A DNA stretch of 64,000 nt. It comes from an uncultured Alphaproteobacteria bacterium (GTDB lineage Bacteria; Pseudomonadota; Alphaproteobacteria; HIMB59; GCA-002718135). The stretch lies in the NCBI GenBank assembly GCA_902623585.1, contig CACNUO010000001.1:7564-71563 (forward strand), written 5' to 3'. The notes beneath the pieces are model-generated. The model was not told the DNA's origin and did not search any database. It saw only the letters and a list, made by a program, of their open reading frames with translations. Shown here in pieces: positions 58,830 to 64,000 of the stretch. How positions within the stretch are numbered: the stretch's first letter is position 1; each line of letters starts with the position of its first letter. Made by a program: the position numbers and the translations under genes.

Positions 58830-59606
58830 TTATTTTTTCCAAGCACAAATTGTATTAAAATTTATATCAAGATTAAAATTATCTTTATAATATTTTTTTT
58901 TGAATTGTTCCTCCAAAAGAACAAAGTATTTTTTATTCTCAAAATTATTTTTTTTATCCTTACCTGCATAGGGCAAGTTTAAAAATCTTACATCATCAAG
59001 TAGTTTATTAAAAACTGAATATTCAATAGTAAAGTTATTGTTATTTATTAAAGGTGCATCAAAGTTATACACTTTAAGCAGTTTAAAAATATCATTTGTA
59101 TCTAAAATTGGATTAACTCTTTGATACATGCCGCCGTATAAAATATTATCTGTTTCATACATTGAATTTATAAGCTGATACTTATTTTCAGCACTTGGAA
59201 TCGTTGCTATAAAAAATCCATTGGAATTCAGGCTTTGAAAGATATTTTCTATCAATTTCTCAAAGTTCGATGTTAATTGACAAAAAAAATTACTATAAAT
59301 TAAATCAAATTTTTTATTTTTGATATTTATATCATCCAAATCAATTTCTATTAATTGTCGATCTGTCTTATTAGTAAAAAATGACAAATCAATATCAGCA
59401 CTTGTTATAGAACAAGAAGGAAATCTTTCTTTCAGATAATTAATAATTAATTTGTCATTAATCCCAAGTTCTAAAATATTATTAAAAGAAACTTTCAAAA
59501 TATCTAGGGAATCAATTATATTTTTACTTATTTCATTATATATAAAGTTTTCTCCATATTTTCTATCCTTAGTTCTTAATAGTTTAAGGTATTTTTTGTT
59601 TATCAT
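58830..59606 (-). CDS. class I methyltransferase-fold protein with degenerate SAM motif I
   Basis: Track ORF 58830..59630 has a TTG start; ATG 59606 is preferred. ILELGINDK...ITSADID...FDLIYSNFF...LNSNGFFIATIP follows the spacing of SAM-MTase motifs I/II/III, but the GxGxG is not intact. Confidence 0.5.
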   Translation of the reverse strand: MINKKYLKLLRTKDRKYGENFIYNEISKNIIDSLDILKVSFNNILELGINDKLIINYLKERFPSCSITSADIDLSFFTNKTDRQLIEIDLDDINIKNKKFDLIYSNFFCQLTSNFEKLIENIFQSLNSNGFFIATIPSAENKYQLINSMYETDNILYGGMYQRVNPILDTNDIFKLLKVYNFDAPLINNNNFTIEYSVFNKLLDDVRFLNLPYAGKDKKNNFENKKYFVLLEEQFKKKYYKDNFNLDINFNTICAWKK

Positions 59607-59632
59607 TTTTTTATAAAGTATAAAAAGCAATT

Positions 59633-60115
59633 ATGGATATTATTCTTAAAGAGATAGTTGCAATTATTAAAGAAGAAACTGAAAATATTAATAAAAAAAT
59701 TTATGGAACTACTTTTTTAGAAATATTAAAAGAAAAAATTTTAAACAGACAAGATCAAATTTCTTTAAAAAATCTAGTATTACAAAATTCTAATATTGAT
59801 TTAGAAGAAAATATAAAAGTTCTTGAAAAAAATCTTTTTTTTAAATTATCCCTTTACCAAACTCCTAAATCATTATTAAAATTCGAACTGAAAAAAAATT
59901 TTCTACTTATTATTTTTAAAGAGCTTGTAAAAATTGATATTTTAAATCAAAATACTCAAAAATATATCAATGTTACCTTAAAACCTTTTATGGGTGTAAC
60001 ATTATCAAAGGGAACAGTATGTAATTTAAATTTTCCAAAAAATTCACTAATTATGCAATTAGAATCTGATGATTTTGATTTTGATATTGAAAAAAAAACA
60101 GATGAAACAATATAA
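59633..60115 (+). CDS. hypothetical protein, 160 aa, no recognisable family
   Basis: An intact ORF in very AT-rich sequence. It is divergent from the methyltransferase-like gene with only a 26-nt spacer and is followed 5 nt later by the DUF1178 gene. Confidence 0.5.
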   Translation: MDIILKEIVAIIKEETENINKKIYGTTFLEILKEKILNRQDQISLKNLVLQNSNIDLEENIKVLEKNLFFKLSLYQTPKSLLKFELKKNFLLIIFKELVKIDILNQNTQKYINVTLKPFMGVTLSKGTVCNLNFPKNSLIMQLESDDFDFDIEKKTDETI

Positions 60116-60120
60116 GACAT

Positions 60121-60534
60121 ATGATCGTATTTAATCTTAATTGCTCTGATTGTGCCTTTTCCTTTGAAGGATGGTTCGAAAATACGAATGACTACAATAA
60201 GCAAATTAAAAAAGGTTTAATCACTTGCCCTTCTTGTAATAGTACTCAAATAAAAAAAGGTTTGATGGCTCCAAATGTATCAAAAAAATCAAATTCAAAA
60301 ATTTCTAAAAGGAATAAATCAATTGCTTCAAATGTTAAGAAGCTAAAAAAGATTATAGAAAAAGAATTTGATTATGTTGGTGATAAATTTACCGATGAAG
60401 CAAAGAAAATTAAATATGGTGAAGCTAAAGATCGAGCAATATATGGTGAAGCTTCCATTGAGCAAACTAAAGAATTAATAGACGAAGATATCGATGTACT
60501 ACCATTACCTTTTTCAACAAAAAAGACTAATTAA
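60121..60534 (+). CDS. DUF1178-family zinc-ribbon protein
   Basis: 137 aa. MIVFNLNCSDCAFSFEGWFENTNDY...ITCPSCNS matches the DUF1178 N-terminal pattern as I recall it. Confidence 0.7.
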   Translation: MIVFNLNCSDCAFSFEGWFENTNDYNKQIKKGLITCPSCNSTQIKKGLMAPNVSKKSNSKISKRNKSIASNVKKLKKIIEKEFDYVGDKFTDEAKKIKYGEAKDRAIYGEASIEQTKELIDEDIDVLPLPFSTKKTN

Positions 60535-61234
60535 TTAAATTAGCAGTACAAAAATAATTTATCATATAATTTTTTGATAATTTCCATTCCCAATTAAGTG
60601 GATCAAAAACTAGACCTTTAATATTTTTAAAGTGAAAATTTTCTTTTGATAAAGTATTTTTTAACTCTTCAGGTTTAATTAATTTATTATAATCATGAGT
60701 CCCCTTTGGTATCCAATTGAGGATATTTTCAGCTAAATTAATTGCAAATAAATTAGAAATTAAATTTCTATTGATGGTAGAAATTATAACTAAACCATCT
60801 TTGTTTAAATTTTTTTTTATATTTTTTATAGTTTTTTTCCAATTATCTAGATGCTCTAAAACTTCAAACATTAGTATTATATCAAATTTTGCATCTAATT
60901 TTGATTTTTCAATATCTTTATAAATATAGTTAATTTTAAGTTTATTTTTTTTTGAATGTATCTTAGCAGCTTTGATATTATTTGGCACAAAATCTATTCC
61001 TGTAACCTTAGCACCTAGTCTTGCTAATGGTTCACAAATTATTCCACCACCACAACCTATATCAAGTATTTTTAAATTTTTTATGTTCCTATTATTAATT
61101 TGATCTAATATATAAGTCATTCTATGTCTTTTAATTTGATGAAGAATCTTAAATTTACCATTTTCATTCCACCATTCATCTGAAAGTTGCTTAAACAACG
61201 CAAATTCTTCATTTTTTGATTTTATATTCATCAT
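60527..61234 (-). CDS. ubiG: ubiquinone biosynthesis O-methyltransferase
   Basis: 235 aa. FKQLSDEWWNENGKFKILHQIKRHRMTYI and the SAM motif ILDIGCGGGI are typical of UbiG. Confidence 0.85.
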   Translation of the reverse strand: MMNIKSKNEEFALFKQLSDEWWNENGKFKILHQIKRHRMTYILDQINNRNIKNLKILDIGCGGGIICEPLARLGAKVTGIDFVPNNIKAAKIHSKKNKLKINYIYKDIEKSKLDAKFDIILMFEVLEHLDNWKKTIKNIKKNLNKDGLVIISTINRNLISNLFAINLAENILNWIPKGTHDYNKLIKPEELKNTLSKENFHFKNIKGLVFDPLNWEWKLSKNYMINYFCTANLIN

Positions 61235-61297
61235 ATATCTTGTTTGTTAGAAACAATAATTATATTAGCTGAAATAATTTAAAATATTTTTAAGTCA

Positions 61298-62512
61298 ATG
61301 AAACTTGTAGTAATGAAATTTGGTGGTACTTCAGTTGGTAGTATCGATAAAATCAATAATGTTGCAAACATTGTTGAAAATCAATCAAATGATAAAAAAT
61401 TGATTGTTGTTTTATCTGCAATGTCAGGTGTTACAAATAAAATGCAAGAATATATAGATGAAATTGAGTCAAATGAGATTATTGAAAATGATTTAATTTT
61501 AACATCTGGTGAAGCTGTTTCAGTTGGACTGCTTTCGGCTATTTTAAAAAAAAGAAATATCAAATCTATTCCATTACTCGGATGGCAAATTCCAATTATA
61601 ACAGACAGTAACCATCAAAAAGCTAAAATCTTGAACATAGATAAAGTTAGAATTGATAAATATTTAAATGATTATGATGTTTTAGTAGTTGCTGGATTTC
61701 AAGGTATTGATATAGATGGAAACATTACATCATTAGGAAGAGGTGGTTCTGATACAACTGCTGTTGCTGTTGCCGCTGCTGTTGATGCTGATAGATGTGA
61801 TATTTACACAGATGTTGATGGCGTTTATTCAACTGATCCGAATCTGGAACCCAAAGCTAAAAAAATTAATAAATTAGCATTCGAAGAAATGTTAGAAATG
61901 TCATCTACTGGAGCAAAAGTACTTCATACTCGCTCTGTTGAATTAGCGATGAAAAATAATCTTACTTTGCAAGTGCTTTCTTCAATAACAAAACAAAGTG
62001 GTACTCTTGTTGTAGATGAAAATAAATTAATTGAAAAAGAAATTGTAAGCGGAGTGAGCTTTAGTAATAATGAATCAAAACTAACTTTATCTGGTATTGC
62101 TGACAAACCTGGTATATCCGCAACAATTTTTGGCTTGTTAGCAAATAATAATATTAACGTAGATATGATTGTTCAAAATACATCACAAGATGGTGTAACT
62201 GCAAATATTACCTTTACTGTTTCAAATAGTGAAATTCATAATGCTAAAAAAATATTAGAAGAAAATCAAAATTTAATTGATTTTAAATCTATTGAAACCG
62301 ATAGCAATATTTCTAAAATTTCAGTAATTGGTATGGGGATGATGTCTCAATCTGGAGTAGCAAAGAAAATGTTTACAACTTTAGCTGATAATTCAATTAA
62401 TATATTAGCTATCTCGACATCAGAAATAAAGATAAGCGTCTTAATTAATAAAAAATTTACAAAAATTGCTGTAAAATCTCTACATGAGGCATATAATCTT
62501 GGAATTAAATGA
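61298..62512 (+). CDS. lysC: aspartate kinase
   Basis: 404 aa. VMKFGGTSV, GRGGSDTTA, and two C-terminal ACT domains. Confidence 0.95.
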   Translation: MKLVVMKFGGTSVGSIDKINNVANIVENQSNDKKLIVVLSAMSGVTNKMQEYIDEIESNEIIENDLILTSGEAVSVGLLSAILKKRNIKSIPLLGWQIPIITDSNHQKAKILNIDKVRIDKYLNDYDVLVVAGFQGIDIDGNITSLGRGGSDTTAVAVAAAVDADRCDIYTDVDGVYSTDPNLEPKAKKINKLAFEEMLEMSSTGAKVLHTRSVELAMKNNLTLQVLSSITKQSGTLVVDENKLIEKEIVSGVSFSNNESKLTLSGIADKPGISATIFGLLANNNINVDMIVQNTSQDGVTANITFTVSNSEIHNAKKILEENQNLIDFKSIETDSNISKISVIGMGMMSQSGVAKKMFTTLADNSINILAISTSEIKISVLINKKFTKIAVKSLHEAYNLGIK

Positions 62513-63294
62513 AAACAGTAGGTCAAATTTTATCAATTGAAAGAAAAACCAAAAATCTTTCTATTAGTGATATCTCAATTGAGTTAAAAATTTCTAAAAG
62601 TATCATTGTTGATCTTGAAAATGATAATATAAAAAATAATCCAGATATTATTTTTAATATTGGACATCTAAGATCTTACTCAAACTTTCTTGAGTTAGAT
62701 GCTGACACAATTATCAATAAATTTAAAGATCAAATATCATTTAACATTAAGGAAGAGAAAAAAAATATTACCCCAATTATAGAAAACAATTTTTTCAAAA
62801 TAGAAAAATTTTTTGCTGCTTCTATAATCATGGTTGTATTCACTTCATTTTACTTTTTATTCGTTGATCAAAATGATAATGAAATTAACTTTGCTTTAAT
62901 TCCAGATATACCTGAAAGTTTGGAACCTATTGTAGAAAAAGCTAATACGTATGATGATTTATCTCAAAGTAGTGATACTAAAAAAAGTGATTTGATAAAT
63001 AATTCTAGTGCTATAGCATCAATAGAATTTAATGAAAATGTAACTACAGTGGCTACATTAAAAATGTTAAATCCAACTTGGCTTCAATTAAGAGATGAAG
63101 AGAATAATATTGTTTTAAGCAAGTTAATGGATAAAGATGAAGAATTTTCATATGAATTAAAATTGAATTACAATATTACTGCAGGAAACGCAGGGAACAT
63201 CTTAGTTCTTATAGATGATGAAGTAAGAGGAAAGATAGGTAAATACGGTGATATTTTAGACTCTTTTGTTTTATATAAAGATTTTACAAACTAA
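62509..63294 (+). CDS. rodZ: RodZ-like cytoskeleton protein (HTH + TM + DUF4115)
   Basis: 261 aa. N-terminal XRE-type HTH (GQILSIERKTKNLSISDISIELKISKSII), a central TM helix, and a C-terminal ...ITAGNAGNILVLIDDE. It lies immediately upstream of ispG, which I recall as a commonly conserved arrangement. Confidence 0.7.
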   Translation: MKTVGQILSIERKTKNLSISDISIELKISKSIIVDLENDNIKNNPDIIFNIGHLRSYSNFLELDADTIINKFKDQISFNIKEEKKNITPIIENNFFKIEKFFAASIIMVVFTSFYFLFVDQNDNEINFALIPDIPESLEPIVEKANTYDDLSQSSDTKKSDLINNSSAIASIEFNENVTTVATLKMLNPTWLQLRDEENNIVLSKLMDKDEEFSYELKLNYNITAGNAGNILVLIDDEVRGKIGKYGDILDSFVLYKDFTN

Positions 63295-63298
63295 ATAG

Positions 63299-64000
63299 AT
63301 GCTAAGACCGTATCAACAAATTAATAGAAGAAAGTCGCGCGTTATTAAAGTTGGAAATGTTAGCATTGGAGGCAATAATCAAATTGCAGTTCAAACAATG
63401 ACAAATACTCTTACTTCTAATGCCAAAGATACTATTGCTCAAATAGAAAGATCTGCAAAACTTGGAGTTGATTTAGTTCGCGTTTCTGTTCCAGATAAAG
63501 AATCTTCACATTCTTTAAAAGAAATTGTGAAACATAGCCCTGTACCTATAATTGCTGATATACATTTTCATTACAAAAGAGGTATTGAAGCAGCGAAAAA
63601 TGGTGCTTCTTGTATTAGAATTAATCCTGGTAACATTGGGAGTATTGAAAGAATAAAAGAAGTTATCAAAGCTGCAAAAGATAATAATTGCTCAATTAGA
63701 GTAGGTGTTAATGCAGGAAGTTTAGAAAAACAAATTTTAGAAAAATTTTCTGAACCTAATCCGGAGGCCTTAGTTGAAAGTGCTAAATTAAATATAAAGA
63801 TACTTGAAGATAATGATTTTACTAATTTCAAAATCAGTGTGAAATCTTCAGATATATTTATGTCTATAAAAGCATATGAGCAATTAGCTGAATTATGTGA
63901 TTATCCATTGCATTTAGGTATTACAGAGGCAGGAGGAAAAAGAACAGGTTCAATTAAATCTTCAATTGGTGTTGGGAATTTACTTTTGAGAGGAATAGGA
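63299..64000 (+). CDS. ispG: 4-hydroxy-3-methylbut-2-enyl diphosphate synthase; N-terminal 234 codons only, continues past the right edge
   Basis: Not in the track because there is no stop in the window. Translation from ATG 63299 reads [37 protein letters not shown]...DLVRVSVPD...IADIHF...IRINPGNIG...RVGVNAGSL...HLGITEAGG, all IspG/GcpE signatures. Confidence 0.9.
   Translation, partial: MLRPYQQINRRKSRVIKVGNVSIGGNNQIAVQTMTNTLTSNAKDTIAQIERSAKLGVDLVRVSVPDKESSHSLKEIVKHSPVPIIADIHFHYKRGIEAAKNGASCIRINPGNIGSIERIKEVIKAAKDNNCSIRVGVNAGSLEKQILEKFSEPNPEALVESAKLNIKILEDNDFTNFKISVKSSDIFMSIKAYEQLAELCDYPLHLGITEAGGKRTGSIKSSIGVGNLLLRGIG

Noticed and set aside
61235-61297. A lysine riboswitch (L-box) upstream of lysC, and riboswitches in general upstream of the ABC operon (214..354) or def/rpsU (32265..32358).
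   Set aside because: The spacers (63, 141 and 94 nt) are too short and too AT-rich for the known multi-helix aptamers, and I could not trace conserved helices. Only a weak 6-bp inverted repeat (TTGTTT-N5-AAACAA, 61240..61256) is present upstream of lysC.
1-64000. A search for tRNA, rRNA, tmRNA, CRISPR arrays, IS elements, integrases, prophage or defence genes, and toxin-antitoxin pairs.
   Set aside because: I found none. Every ORF over 60 aa that is not a frame shadow is assigned to a housekeeping or metabolic family, or is an isolated hypothetical. No spacer is long enough for a tRNA plus promoter. The only tandem or direct repeats are the short ones listed, so a defence or mobile-island interpretation of this window is not supported.

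Overview
This is an AT-rich, extremely gene-dense chromosomal segment. By my tally of gaps, only about 1-1.5 kb of the 64 kb is non-coding. I call 67 protein-coding genes: 66 solid or plausible, plus one tentative 42-codon ORF that is absent from the track. Two genes run off the window edges and are also missing from the track: nth at the left and ispG at the right. I recognised no rRNA, tRNA, CRISPR array, IS/transposase, integrase or phage genes. No intergenic gap is longer than about 141 nt, so there is little room for structured RNAs.

The gene content is alphaproteobacterial core metabolism and housekeeping:
- Transport: a family-5 ABC importer, and yhhQ-tgt for queuosine salvage.
- Catabolism and central metabolism: dimethylglycine/sarcosine dehydrogenase, a split saccharopine pathway, pyk and pfk, and pntAA-AB-B.
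- Respiration and quinone-related: ctaA, fnr-fdx, ubiG, and UbiB-like and COQ9-like proteins.
- Information processing and secretion: uvrB, rpsU, def, class I lysK, rpmB and secA.
- Biosynthesis: pyrD, aroKB, accA, argJ, lysC and ispG.
- Other: cobS-cobT.

The composition, the tiny spacers and this gene set fit a streamlined SAR11/Pelagibacterales-like genome. That attribution is inference, not verified.

I did not find a convincing self-contained novel system such as a defence island, toxin module or mobile element. The window looks like core genome. The best leads are four:
1. A translationally coupled ctaA-SDR-secreted protein-SDR operon, divergently paired with fnr-fdx.
2. An orphan CobS/CobT AAA+/vWA pair co-operonic with a Cys-rich J-domain protein and facing bolA.
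3. An unannotated small membrane ORF that is ATGA-coupled to a 589-aa secreted helical protein upstream of accA.
4. Genome-architecture features: all 13 convergent gene pairs share or abut stop codons, and there are a few short repeats or palindromes in the rare spacers.
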